From contig JAJYSZ010000005.1 in assembly GCA_021793315.1 (NCBI GenBank), positions 1,470-65,469 on the forward strand: a DNA stretch of 64,000 nucleotides, read 5' to 3'. Below the pieces are notes generated by a model. The model was not told the origin of the DNA and did no database searches. It saw only the letters and a program-made list of their open reading frames with translations. A program made the translations under genes and the position numbers. Below are positions 9,852 through 19,494 of the stretch, in pieces (the stretch's first letter is position 1; each line of letters begins with the position of its first letter). This DNA is from Bacillota bacterium. GTDB lineage: Bacteria > Bacillota > Sulfobacillia > JAJZYS01 > JAJYTV01.

Positions 9852-10493
9852 TCAGGCCGGGTTGGTCGGCGGTGCGGCTGGGTTGGCCGGCGGTACGGCG
9901 GGCTTGACTTCCGGCGACTTCTGCCAGCCGCCCACGACGAAGCGGTGGATGTGCTGCGCCAGACGGGGCTGCAGCGACTGGGCCTGCTGCTGCGTCAGGT
10001 GGCCCGCCTTGACCGCCTGCGCAACGCGCTGCTGCGCTCCCGCGAGCAGTGCCGCTTCAAGACCTGCGGGCGTCTTGCCCTGCGCCGTGGCAACGGCGGC
10101 CGGCGTCTGCCCCTGGCGGAGCCGCGCGACGAAGTCGTCCGGGCTGAGACCGACGTAGGTGGCGGCTTCGACCACCATCGTCTGGCCCAGCATGCGGCCG
10201 CCCCGGTGCATGCCACGCATGCCTGCCTGGCCAGTCTTGATCCGGCGCTCCATCTCCGAAGCCTGGCTACTCGTAATCTTTCCTTCGCGCAAGAGACCGC
10301 GGACTCTGTCCAGCCGCGCCTGCGTGATGGCGTCCTTCAGCTTGCGCTCGGAAACGCCCAGGTGCCGCGCGACGTCGGAGATGAAACTGTGGGCTCCGCT
10401 GCTTTGGGCTGGGGCCGCAGCTGCCATCGCCGCACCGCTCATGACGAGCGGCAGGGCGAGCAGCAGGCCGAGCCAGCGCCTGCCATGCTTCAA
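9852..10493 (-). CDS. Secreted/periplasmic LTxxQ-motif protein (CpxP/Spy/ZraP-like)
   Basis: TTG start after a GGAGGAG RBS. Signal peptide MKHGRRWLGLLLALPLVMSGAAMAAAAPA. An LTQQQ motif is present (KAGHLTQQQAQSLQPRL) together with a KITSSQ-like motif. The gene lies just downstream of the HK/RR pair. Confidence 0.55.
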   Translation of the reverse strand: MKHGRRWLGLLLALPLVMSGAAMAAAAPAQSSGAHSFISDVARHLGVSERKLKDAITQARLDRVRGLLREGKITSSQASEMERRIKTGQAGMRGMHRGGRMLGQTMVVEAATYVGLSPDDFVARLRQGQTPAAVATAQGKTPAGLEAALLAGAQQRVAQAVKAGHLTQQQAQSLQPRLAQHIHRFVVGGWQKSPEVKPAVPPANPAAPPTNPA

Positions 10494-10586
10494 TTCGTCT
10501 CCTCCCTTGGTCTGGAACTGGGGCACGAGCAAAGCATGCCCGCATCCGCCGTTCGCCCTGCAGGAAGGAAACGCCGTGCAAAGGAC

Positions 10587-11870
10587 CTAGGCCTGAGCCT
10601 CAGGGGGAGGTGCCGCCGGCCAGCGCACCGTGACCCGTGTGCCCTGACCTGGACTCGTCTCAAGTTCCACCGTGCCGCCGCGGGACTCCACCAGCACGCG
10701 GGCCAGCGCGAGGCCCAGCCCGAGGCCACCTGCGCTGTCGCCGCGGTAAAAGCGTTCGAAGGCGTGTTCCGCCGTCTCCTGCGTCATGCCGACGCCGTTG
10801 TCCCGGACCCAGGCGACCGCCATGTCCGTAGCGCGACGCCAGCCGAGTTCGATGTCGGTGTCGGGAGGGTTGTGCCGCACTGCGTTGTCGACCAGCAGAT
10901 CGATGACCTGCCCCACCTCCGCAGCGGGGGCCGCGATCCAGGTGTCCTGGGGCCCTCCCGACAGGCGGTGACCGCGTGCCGCGCGACCGATGACCTGCCC
11001 GAGGTTCGAGACGGGCTCGCCCTCCTTGGTGTCGAGGTCACGGATGCGCGCCGCGAGGCGTCCGGCCTCGCGCTGGGCCAGGGAGGCCGCTTCCACGGCT
11101 GCGCTGCCCTGGAGCCGGCCCCCGGCGAGCAGCTCCAGGGTGCCAAGCACGGTCGACAGGGGCGTGCGCAGGTCGTGCAAGGTCATCTCCCGCAGGGCCC
11201 GCTCGCGCTGCTCCGACGCCTCCAGGGCGCCGAACATCTGGCCCAGGCGGTCCAGCATCTGCTGCAGAGCCTCCGCGAGGTCGCGGATCTCCCGCACGCT
11301 GTGATCTGTGGGCAGGCTGGTCTCCAGATCGCCGGTCTCGCTGATGCGCGTCGCCTCCGCGGAGAGCGAGGAGAGCGGGGCGGTCAGGCCGCGGGCGACG
11401 CCTTGGGCCACGATGCCCGCCAGCAGCACAGCGGCGAGCGTCACCAGGGCGAGGACGCCCTCGAGGACGTGCACCGGCCGGTTGACGCTCGTCATGTTGA
11501 CCTCTTCCAGGAAGAGGCCGCCGGGCACCGGAACGGTGTAGCGCAGGCTGCGCGCCTGCTGGCTCAGCCCGAGCGGCGGCGCCGCCGACGGCACGCTTCC
11601 GATCGCGAACGCCCGGCGGCCGTTCGCGCCATAGATCGCGATGGACTCTCCGAGGGGCAGACGGGCGGGAACAGCCCCTGTGTGCAGATAGAAGCCCACC
11701 GTGGAGTGGGCCGATGCCACCAGCTGCGATCTCAGGTTGTGCACGAGGACGCTGCGCAGGAAGTAGACGGCGCCGAAGGCGGCGAGCAGCAGGGAGGCGC
11801 CTACGAGCGCCACCATGGCCACCAGCAGGCGGCGGCTCAGGCTGTGCGGGCGACGTTCACGCTTCGCCAT
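10587..11870 (-). CDS. Sensor histidine kinase (two TM segments, periplasmic loop, HAMP, HisKA, HATPase_c)
   Basis: MAKRERRPHSLSRRLLVAMVALVGASLLL (TM1), a second TM at VLALVTLAAVLLAGIVA, an H-box (MTLHDLRTPLSTV) and an ATP-binding region (VDNAVRHN...GGLGLGLALARVLVESRGGTVELE). It overlaps the RR stop by about 14 nt. Confidence 0.8.
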   Translation of the reverse strand: MAKRERRPHSLSRRLLVAMVALVGASLLLAAFGAVYFLRSVLVHNLRSQLVASAHSTVGFYLHTGAVPARLPLGESIAIYGANGRRAFAIGSVPSAAPPLGLSQQARSLRYTVPVPGGLFLEEVNMTSVNRPVHVLEGVLALVTLAAVLLAGIVAQGVARGLTAPLSSLSAEATRISETGDLETSLPTDHSVREIRDLAEALQQMLDRLGQMFGALEASEQRERALREMTLHDLRTPLSTVLGTLELLAGGRLQGSAAVEAASLAQREAGRLAARIRDLDTKEGEPVSNLGQVIGRAARGHRLSGGPQDTWIAAPAAEVGQVIDLLVDNAVRHNPPDTDIELGWRRATDMAVAWVRDNGVGMTQETAEHAFERFYRGDSAGGLGLGLALARVLVESRGGTVELETSPGQGTRVTVRWPAAPPPEAQA

Positions 11871-12534
11871 GCTCGTCCAGGCGGTAGCCGAAGCCGCGCA
11901 CCGTATGGATGAGCCGCGGTCCAAGGGCTTCCAGCTTTCGCCTCAGGTAGCTGATGTAGACGTCGAGCACACCTTCACCCACCTCCGCGTCGAAGCCCCA
12001 GACGCGCTCGAGGATCTGTTCGCGGGTGAGTACGCGACGCTGGTTGCGCAAAAAGAAGCAGAGCAGGTCATATTCGCGCCGGGTGAGGTCCAGCGGCTGG
12101 CCGGCGCGCAGCGCCTGCTGGCGTTCGAGGTGCACCTCGACATCGGCGAAGCTCAGGACCGGCAGCCTGTCCTCAGGCACCGGCCGCCGCCCCACGGCGC
12201 GCATGCGCATCACGAGTTCCTCGAAGGCGAAAGGCTTTGCGACATAGTCGTCCGCGCCGAGCTCGAAGCCGTGCACGCGGTCGGGGACGCTGCCCCTGGC
12301 CGTCAGCATGATCACCATGATGCCTCGGTCCTTGAGGCGAGGCACCAGGGCAAATCCGGAACCGTCGGGCAGGTTGACGTCGACCAGCGCGAGCTGGAAG
12401 GTGCCGTGCTCCAGGAGCGCCAGCGTGTCGGCGACCGATGGGGTCACGGTGGGTTCGAAGCCTTCAGACGTCAGCCCGAGGCGCAAGGTCGCGCCGAGGG
12501 AAGGGTCGTCCTCCACCACCAGCACACGCATCGT
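11857..12534 (-). CDS. OmpR-family response regulator
   Basis: Receiver domain MRVLVVEDDPSLG...LALVDVNLPDGSG...MLTARG, plus a winged-helix C-terminus (LTRREYDLLCFFLRNQRRVLTREQILERVWGFD...VRGFGYRL). Confidence 0.85.
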   Translation of the reverse strand, partial: TMRVLVVEDDPSLGATLRLGLTSEGFEPTVTPSVADTLALLEHGTFQLALVDVNLPDGSGFALVPRLKDRGIMVIMLTARGSVPDRVHGFELGADDYVAKPFAFEELVMRMRAVGRRPVPEDRLPVLSFADVEVHLERQQALRAGQPLDLTRREYDLLCFFLRNQRRVLTREQILERVWGFDAEVGEGVLDVYISYLRRKLEALGPRLIHTVRGFGYRLDEHGEA

Positions 12535-12693
12535 TCGGCCCCCTCCGCCCACTGTCTGGGACTTATTGTAGCCGAGCGGGGGGACAAGGTCAGCATGGCG
12601 TGCGAAGCCCGTTTCCACCGGTGGCAGGAACGCGACGCCGGGCATACAATTCATCTAACGATGAATTGCCTCTGAAGAAGGGGAGGCTGCACG

Positions 12694-13833
12694 TTGCGGG
12701 CGATGATCGTGAAGGAGTTCCTTCAGCTGAGACGGGATCGACGCACCCTTGCCATGATGATTGTGCTGCCCATCATGCTGCTCGTGATCTTCGGCTACGC
12801 TGCGAGCTTCGACGTCTCGAGGATTTCCGCGGTGGTGGTTGGAGCCCAGGCCAAGAACTTCAGCCAGCGGCTGAAGGCTCCGTTCTCCCTGGTGGGCACC
12901 TACCCCGGGCAGGGGGCTGCCGCGGCGCGGCGCGACCTGCGCGACGGCAAGGCTGACGTCGCCTTCGTCACGGGTGGCGGCAGCACGCTTGTCTTCATCA
13001 ACGGCGCCGACCTCTTCAGCGCACGTGCGGCGGAGACGGCCGTCGCCCGGCTATCCGCCCCGGGCGCCGATATGCCCAGGCTGCAGGCCGAACTCAAGAA
13101 GGTACTGCCCCCAGGCGCAGAGATCAAACTGGTGGCGCCGGTACCGCCGCGCGTCAAGATTCTTTACAATCCCGGCCTCAAGACCACGCTCGTCATGGTC
13201 CCCGGCATCGCGGGGGTGATCCTGGTCTTTGTCGGCACCTTGATCGCGAGCCTGGGCGTGGTGCGGGAGCGCCAGGCCGGCACCCTTGAGCAGCTGGCGG
13301 TCATGCCGCTCTCGCCCTGGGACGTGCTGATCGGCAAGATAGCGCCGTACTTCGCGGTCGCGGCCATCGACCTGGCCTTGGTGCTTGCGGTGGGCATGTG
13401 GCTTTTCGGCGTACCGATGCGCGGTTCTTGGGTCCTCCTGATCCTCGGCGCCCTGCTTTTCCTCTTCGTCACCCTGAGCATCGGCGTGCTGATCTCGAGC
13501 GTCTCGCAAAACCAGGGGCAGGCGATGCAGCTCGCCATGCTTACCGTCTTGCCGCAGATCCTGCTCTCCGGGCTCATCTTCCCGCTCTCCTCGATGGCGG
13601 CGGGGGTGCGCTGGATCTCCTACCTCCTGCCGCTGACCTACTTCGTCCAGATCAGCCGCGGTGAGATGCTGCTGGGACAGCCGCTGCGGGACCTCTGGCA
13701 GCCGTTCCTCTACCTGGCGGTCCTGGGGCTCGTCGCGGTGACGTTCGCCATCCTGCGCTTCCACCGCCTGCTGAATCCCTCGCAAGGGCTGGGTGCCCCG
13801 CGGCGGGTCCAAAGCGCCGAGGCCAGACCGTGA
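12694..13833 (+). CDS. ABC-2 family transporter permease
   Basis: The N-terminal MIVKEFLQLRRDRRTLAMMIVLPIMLLVIFG is typical of ABC-2 permeases, and there are about 6 TM segments. TTG/ATG start after GGGGAGG. It is divergent from the TCS operon. Confidence 0.75.
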   Translation: MRAMIVKEFLQLRRDRRTLAMMIVLPIMLLVIFGYAASFDVSRISAVVVGAQAKNFSQRLKAPFSLVGTYPGQGAAAARRDLRDGKADVAFVTGGGSTLVFINGADLFSARAAETAVARLSAPGADMPRLQAELKKVLPPGAEIKLVAPVPPRVKILYNPGLKTTLVMVPGIAGVILVFVGTLIASLGVVRERQAGTLEQLAVMPLSPWDVLIGKIAPYFAVAAIDLALVLAVGMWLFGVPMRGSWVLLILGALLFLFVTLSIGVLISSVSQNQGQAMQLAMLTVLPQILLSGLIFPLSSMAAGVRWISYLLPLTYFVQISRGEMLLGQPLRDLWQPFLYLAVLGLVAVTFAILRFHRLLNPSQGLGAPRRVQSAEARP

Positions 13834-14678
13834 GCTGGGGCGTGCAGGGCGTCGAGGTGCACTTCGGCAAAGTCACGGCTCTGCGGGACGTCGATCTCGC
13901 GCTGCCGCCAGGCGAGGTACGGGTGGTGGTGGGCGGAGACGGTGCCGGCAAGACGACTCTGCTGCAGGTCGTGGCGGGCAGCCTGCGCCCGCAGTCCGGG
14001 GAGGCGGCGAAGCCGCCGGCGGCCCGCATCGGCTACCTGCCCGCATCGTCCGGCATCTACCCGGACCTGACGGTCGGGGAGAACCTGGACTTTGCGGCGG
14101 CCGCGTACGGGGTCAGCGGGCAACCTGCGCGAGAGCGCAGACGCCTGCTCCTCACCCGCGCTGGGCTTGACGGGGTGGAGCGGCGGCTGGGCGGAGAACT
14201 CTCCGGCGGCATGCGGCAGAAGCTCGGCGTCATCCGCGCGATGCTGCACCGCCCGGAGCTCCTGGTGCTCGACGAGCCCACCACAGGGGTCGATCCGATC
14301 AGCCGCCGGGGCCTGTGGTGGCTGATCGCCCACGCCGCGGCGGAAGGCAGCGCCGTCCTGGTGGCCACCACCTACCTCGACGAGGCGGAGCGGGCGGCCG
14401 AACTGTTGCTGCTGGACCGCGGCCGGGTGCTGGCGTCGGGTCGTGCGGATGAGGTCGTCCGCGGCATGCCCGGCCGGCTCTTCGCCGGGGACGGGGCACC
14501 CGCCGCCGAGGACGCCAGGCGGGCATGGCGACGCGGCCGGCGGTGGCGCCTCTGGTGCCCGGACGGCGATGCGGATGTCGGCTCGGCCTGGCAGGCGGCC
14601 AGCCCGGACCTCCAGGACGCGGTCACGGTCGCCCTGCTGCAAGAGGGACTGGACGATGGCGAGGGGGGCGTTGCCTGA
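13830..14678 (+). CDS. ABC transporter ATP-binding protein (canonical signature, degenerate Q/H loops)
   Basis: Walker A GGDGAGKTT, signature LSGGMRQKL and Walker B LLVLDEPTTGVD are all present. The Q-loop Gln is missing (IGYLPASSG) and the H-loop His is replaced by Tyr (VATTYLDEAE). GTG overlaps the permease stop. Confidence 0.8.
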   Translation: MSWGVQGVEVHFGKVTALRDVDLALPPGEVRVVVGGDGAGKTTLLQVVAGSLRPQSGEAAKPPAARIGYLPASSGIYPDLTVGENLDFAAAAYGVSGQPARERRRLLLTRAGLDGVERRLGGELSGGMRQKLGVIRAMLHRPELLVLDEPTTGVDPISRRGLWWLIAHAAAEGSAVLVATTYLDEAERAAELLLLDRGRVLASGRADEVVRGMPGRLFAGDGAPAAEDARRAWRRGRRWRLWCPDGDADVGSAWQAASPDLQDAVTVALLQEGLDDGEGGVA

Positions 14679-15526
14679 TGGCCGACACGCTGGCCGAGGC
14701 CAGGGGCGTCGTGCGCAGATTCGGCGGACATGTCGCGGTGCGGGACGTCAGCGTCGCCGTGCATCCTGGCGAGGTACTGGGACTCCTCGGAGCCAACGGC
14801 GCCGGGAAGACGACCCTCCTGCGCATGCTGCTGGGCCTCCTGCCGCCAACGCAAGGCGAGGTGCTCCTCTTCGGGGCCCCTCCCTCATTGACCGGTAGGC
14901 GGCGCATCGGCTATATGCCGCAGGGACTCGGCCTCTATGATGATCTCACGCCGGAGGAAAACCTGCGTTTTGCGCGGGCGGTCTTCGGCATCGGCCACCC
15001 GCAGAGCGAGACGAAGTTCTCCGACCGAGCGGTCGGCTGGCTGCCGCTGGGCGTGCAGCGCCGGGTCGCCTTCACCCAGGTGCTGCAGCACGGCCCGCAG
15101 CTCCTGGTGCTCGACGAGCCCACCTCCGGTGTCGATCCCCTGATGCGCGCCCGCCTCTGGCAGCAGGTGCGTGCCGCGGCCGACGACGGCGCGGGGGTGC
15201 TGATCACGACGCATCACATGGAAGAAGCCGAGCAGTGCGACAGGCTCGTCGTGATGGCAGACGGCCAGGTGGTCGCCGAGGGGGGGCTCGACGAGATCCT
15301 GGCGGGTGAGGAGGTGCTGGTGATCGAGACGCCCGACTGGCCGCAGGCGATGTCTCTGCTTGAGGCCGCGGACCTCCAGCCCGCGCTCGTCGGCCGCTCG
15401 CTGCGTCTCGCCGCGAGCGAGGAGGCGCTGGCCCGCCAGGCCCTCGGCTCGCTGGAGTTCCGCCTTCGCCGGGCCCCGGCCAGCCTCGAGGAGCGATTCG
15501 TCGCGATCGCTACCGGGCGGCGGTGA
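14678..15526 (+). CDS. ABC transporter ATP-binding protein (degenerate signature, intact H-loop)
   Basis: Walker A GANGAGKTT, Q-loop IGYMPQ, Walker B LLVLDEPTSGVD and H-loop ITTHHMEEAE are present. The signature is degenerate (LPLGVQRRVA in place of LSGGQ). ATG overlaps the upstream stop (TGATG). Confidence 0.8.
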   Translation: MADTLAEARGVVRRFGGHVAVRDVSVAVHPGEVLGLLGANGAGKTTLLRMLLGLLPPTQGEVLLFGAPPSLTGRRRIGYMPQGLGLYDDLTPEENLRFARAVFGIGHPQSETKFSDRAVGWLPLGVQRRVAFTQVLQHGPQLLVLDEPTSGVDPLMRARLWQQVRAAADDGAGVLITTHHMEEAEQCDRLVVMADGQVVAEGGLDEILAGEEVLVIETPDWPQAMSLLEAADLQPALVGRSLRLAASEEALARQALGSLEFRLRRAPASLEERFVAIATGRR

Positions 15527-16146
15527 GCGAGCGGCGCTCCAGGCGCGGGCGTCGGCCCGGCGTCAGCGGCACGCGCGATGCCATCCTTGCGGCGGCGCGC
15601 ACCTGCTTCACGGAACGCGGGTACGATCGGGCGAGCATGCGCCAGATCGCCGCGTTCGCCGGCGTCGACCCAGCGCTCATCCACCACTATTTCGGCCGCA
15701 AGGAGCGGCTCTTTCTTGCGACGATGCGCATGCCCGATCTCGACACGGCGCTCGGCCAGGTGCTGGCCCCGCCGGAGGGACTGGATCCCGGACAGATCGG
15801 CGAGGGCCTCGTGCGTGCCGTCGCCCGGCTGTGGGCGGATCCCGAGCTGCCACGCACCCTGGCGGGCCTCGTGCGAACAGCCGCGACCAACGAGCAGGGG
15901 GCGGCCATGCTGCGCGAATTCCTTGGTCACGCGGTGCTCGGACGCTTGGCGACGGCCGTGCCGAGCGAGGACGCCGACCTGCGCGCGGCACTGGTCGGGA
16001 GCCAGATTTTCGGACTCCTGGTCGCACGGGTCGTGCTGAAGCTCGAGCCGCTCGCGTCGATGCCGGGCGAGGACCTCGCGCGGTCGGTAGGGCCAACCCT
16101 GCAGCGCTACCTGACGGGCGACATCGGTACCGGCACCGGCGGCTAG
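15523..16146 (+). CDS. TetR/AcrR family transcriptional regulator
   Basis: N-terminal HTH ILAAARTCFTERGYDRASMRQIAAFAGVDPALIHHYFGRKERLF. It is translationally coupled to the ATPase genes (GTGA overlap). Confidence 0.8.
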   Translation: MSERRSRRGRRPGVSGTRDAILAAARTCFTERGYDRASMRQIAAFAGVDPALIHHYFGRKERLFLATMRMPDLDTALGQVLAPPEGLDPGQIGEGLVRAVARLWADPELPRTLAGLVRTAATNEQGAAMLREFLGHAVLGRLATAVPSEDADLRAALVGSQIFGLLVARVVLKLEPLASMPGEDLARSVGPTLQRYLTGDIGTGTGG

Positions 16147-16163
16147 GCGTCTTCGCCGAGGGC

Positions 16164-17573
16164 TCAGCCGCGCGGCGGCCCTGGCAAGTCGCGCACCGGC
16201 GAGATGTACGGCTCGGCTTCCTGGCGGAATTCCTCCTTGGCCTTCTCGATCAGATCCGGGTGCTCGCAGAGCGTGCAGGTCGCCTGCGCGAGCACATGTG
16301 CCGCGTAGAGCATGCCGCGGTGGCCGATGGCGCTGCCGGCGGCGACGACGTTCTGCCAGGAGTGGCCAGGGGTGCCGAGCGGCGCCGTGACCGTCGTGAT
16401 CTGGGCCGTCGGCACGAGGTGGGAGACGTCCCCCACGTCGGTCGAGCCGCTGTCCCATTCGCCATAGCCGGAACTGGGCGCCACCGCCTCGACCAGGCTG
16501 CCCTCGGGGGGCAGGGAGAGGCCGTGGCGTCGCAGCCGGCGCAGCTCGCGCTCCACCGCGTCCGCCGGGACGGTCGCCTGAAGGGCTCGTGCCAGATCGT
16601 GTTCTGCGCCGCTGTACTTTGGCGCTCCCAGAGTCTCCATCTGCTGCTGCAGGAGATCGCCCAGGGTGCGGTTGGGCAAGGTGTCGTAGCAGCCCGTGAC
16701 GAGTTTCACCTCGTGCGTGACGCCGGCCATGAGCGCGGCGCCCTGCGCCACGTCCAGCAGGCGCCTCGAGATCGCCTCGACTTCGACGCGGCGCGGCGCC
16801 CGCACGTAGTACCAGACCTCGGCGTGGGCAGGCACGACGTTCGGGGCGTCGCCACCATCCGTGATCACGTAGTGGATGCGCGCGTTCGAGGGGACGTGCT
16901 CGCGCAGGAAGTTCGCGCCGACGTCCATCAGCTCCACCGCGTCCAGCGCGCTGCGGCCGTCCTCGGGGTTCGCCGCGGCATGCGCGGCCGTGCCCCGGAA
17001 GCGCACGCGCAGCGAGTTCATTGCCTGGGTGCTGGTGGCCCAGACCGAGTTGGTGGTGCCGGGATGCCAGGTCAAGGCGCAGTCGACGTCGTCGAAGAGG
17101 CCCGCCTTGGCCATGAACACCTTGCCGACCAGGGTCTCCTCCGCGGGACAGCCGTAAAAGCGCACCGTGCCGCGCAGGCCGCCTTCCCGCATGGCTTGCG
17201 CCACCGCGACGGCCGCTGCTGCCGCGGCCGTGCCGAGGAGGTTGTGGCCGCAGCCGTGTCCGGCTCCCCCCTCTATGAGGGGCCGGGCCTCGGCGATCCC
17301 TGGCGCCTGGCTGAGGCCCGGCAGGGCGTCGTACTCGCCCAGGAGGGCGATCACCGGTGAACCATGGCCGAAGCTCGCGACGAAGGCTGTGGGCATGGAC
17401 TCGACGCCCTGGAGCGCGAATCCCTCCGACGCGAGCAGATCCCTGAGCGCCTGACTGCTCTCCTTCTCAAGCAGGCCGGTCTCCGGCGTGGACCAGATGC
17501 GGTCGCTCAGATCCGTGAGCATCCGCCGATGGGTTTCCAGGTACGCTTCCACGCTTGCCATTCGTTCCACCAT
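16164..17573 (-). CDS. M20D-family amidohydrolase, AbgB-like (p-aminobenzoyl-glutamate hydrolase subunit B / dipeptide hydrolase)
   Basis: Strong AbgB-like blocks are present (GSPVIALLGEYDALPGLSQ, GHGCGHNLLGTAA, VRFYGCPAEE...VFMAKAGLFDDVDCALTWHP, FRGTAAHAAANPEDGRSALDAV). The start could be MVERM (17573) or MASVEAY (17561). Confidence 0.8.
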   Translation of the reverse strand: MVERMASVEAYLETHRRMLTDLSDRIWSTPETGLLEKESSQALRDLLASEGFALQGVESMPTAFVASFGHGSPVIALLGEYDALPGLSQAPGIAEARPLIEGGAGHGCGHNLLGTAAAAAAVAVAQAMREGGLRGTVRFYGCPAEETLVGKVFMAKAGLFDDVDCALTWHPGTTNSVWATSTQAMNSLRVRFRGTAAHAAANPEDGRSALDAVELMDVGANFLREHVPSNARIHYVITDGGDAPNVVPAHAEVWYYVRAPRRVEVEAISRRLLDVAQGAALMAGVTHEVKLVTGCYDTLPNRTLGDLLQQQMETLGAPKYSGAEHDLARALQATVPADAVERELRRLRRHGLSLPPEGSLVEAVAPSSGYGEWDSGSTDVGDVSHLVPTAQITTVTAPLGTPGHSWQNVVAAGSAIGHRGMLYAAHVLAQATCTLCEHPDLIEKAKEEFRQEAEPYISPVRDLPGPPRG

Positions 17574-17806
17574 CCTGCCTTCATTGGCTGCTGCCGGGAT
17601 TCTGCGTCACGGATCCGCTCCCCTCTGCGAGGCGTTCTGCACCGATCTCCTGGCGCCCAGCGCTTTCGGTCAAGCAGTTCGGCCCCGGGCGGCTGACACG
17701 ACCTTAGAGAGCGAGCCGGCAAAGCGGTCCCGTTCCGGCGACGGCATGCGGAGGGCGCGCGCCGGAAGGTCCGGTGCGCGCCCTCCGCCCGTTCAGCCGG
17801 CGCGGG

Positions 17807-19442
17807 TCACTGCGTCAGCTGCCAATCGTAGCAGTTCCAGGTCTCGACGTACCACGGGTCCGGCTGGTAGCCCGTGAGGTTGATGGCTGCGTCGATCTCG
17901 TCCGGGGTGTAGTACCAGAGCGCCGGCAGGTCCTTGTGCAGGAGGGCCTGCTCCTGGCGCAGCACCGTCTGCCTCGACGACTGGTTCAGCATGGTGTCCT
18001 GCTCTCGCAGGAGCTTGTCGACCTGCGGGTTCGAGTAGTTGCCGTAGTTCTGCGCTCCGCCGGTCTCGTAGAGCTGCTCCTCCGACGCGGCGGGGTCGTA
18101 TCCCTCCGTCCACTCGAACTCGCCGAGGTCCCAGCCCTTGCCGGAAGGCAACACGGTGCCGAAGTACACGTTAGCGGGATAGTCGTGGATCACCATCTTC
18201 ACGCCGATCTGCTTGAACCAGTACTGGACGAGGCGCTCTGTGGCCTCGCGCCAGGGGTTGCCGGATGTGGTGGCGTAGACGAGCTGCAGCGTCTTGCCGT
18301 TCTTGTGGCGGTAGCCGTCCGAGCCCGTCTTCCAGCCGGCCTTGTCGAGCAGGATCTTCGACTCCTTGGGGTCGTAGGAGTATGGCTTGAGCTTGGGGTT
18401 GTTGGCCCAGATGATCGGCGGCTGGTCTGCGGCCGAAAGCACGCCGTATCCCAGCCAGACCTTCTTCAGAATGGCCTGTCGGTCGATCGCCATCTCGAGC
18501 GCGACGCGCACGTTGCGGTCCTGCAGGACAGGGTTGCGGAAGTTGATGTCCGCCGACTCCCAGGCCGCCATCGGGGTGAAGAAGACGTGCGCCCCGGAGA
18601 TCGCCTTCAGCTGCTGCGCCTGTTCGATGGGCGCGAAGTAGTAGGTGTTGATCTGGTGGGCCTGCGCATTCGCGAGGAGCGAGTTCTCGTCCGGGATGAT
18701 CTTGAACACGATGGTTCCTTCCTTGGGGGTCGGGCCGTACCAGTTCGGGTTGGCCACCACAGTGATCGATGCCCCCGGTGCCCAAGACTGGAACCTGTAA
18801 GGGCCGTCCGTGACGGTCGGGTCGTGGTTGAAGGAGGCCGTGTTGATCTGCTGTGCGGTCATGCCGTGGAAGACCGAGTAGGGGATGATCCCTGGCAGAT
18901 TTCCGGAGAAGTCGTCGATCAGGATGGCGGGGAAGGGCTTCTTGAGGTCGACCTCGCAGACCTTCGGACTGATCGTCTTGACGTTGGCGACGTCGTCCCA
19001 GCCCAGGCGGGTCACGGCGAGCACCGCTGGGTTCGTCACGACCTTCCACGTCTCGTAGATGTCCTGGCAGCTCACGGGCTGGCCGTTCGTCCAGTTGGCG
19101 TTCTGCTTGATGTGGAACGTGTAGACGAGACCGTTCTTCGCGATGCCGCCATTGGCCACGGTCGGCACCACGCTTGCCAGGTCGGGCTCCATGACGCCCT
19201 TCGGCGTGATCATGAAGAGGTTGCGGAAGATCGCGGTGTCGACGATCTGGGAATAGGTCATGTCGGGACCGAGGATGGGGTTCAGGTTGCCTGGCTCCTC
19301 GTAGAGCCCGTCCACGATCGTCCCGTTGCCGCTGGCGGCGGCCGCCTGCCCTGCGGGCCCCACCGCGGGTGCGGCGACGGCAAGAAGCAGACCGGCTGCG
19401 GCCAGGGGGCTGAGCAGAGACTTCCACCACTTGTCGCGCATG
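17807..19442 (-). CDS. ABC transporter substrate-binding protein, family 5 (peptide/nickel type)
   Basis: Start at MRDKWWKSLLSPLAAAGLLLAVAAP after a GGAGGG RBS, with signal peptide. Family-5 SBP-like body (NPNWYGPTPKEG...KPYSYDPKESKILLDKAGW). The rest of the 1006-aa track ORF is an upstream read-through artefact. Confidence 0.8.
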
Positions 19443-19494
19443 GCGTGCCCTCCAATTCCTTCGCGTTCCCGGGTCCCGGCTGCCTGCCCTCCCT

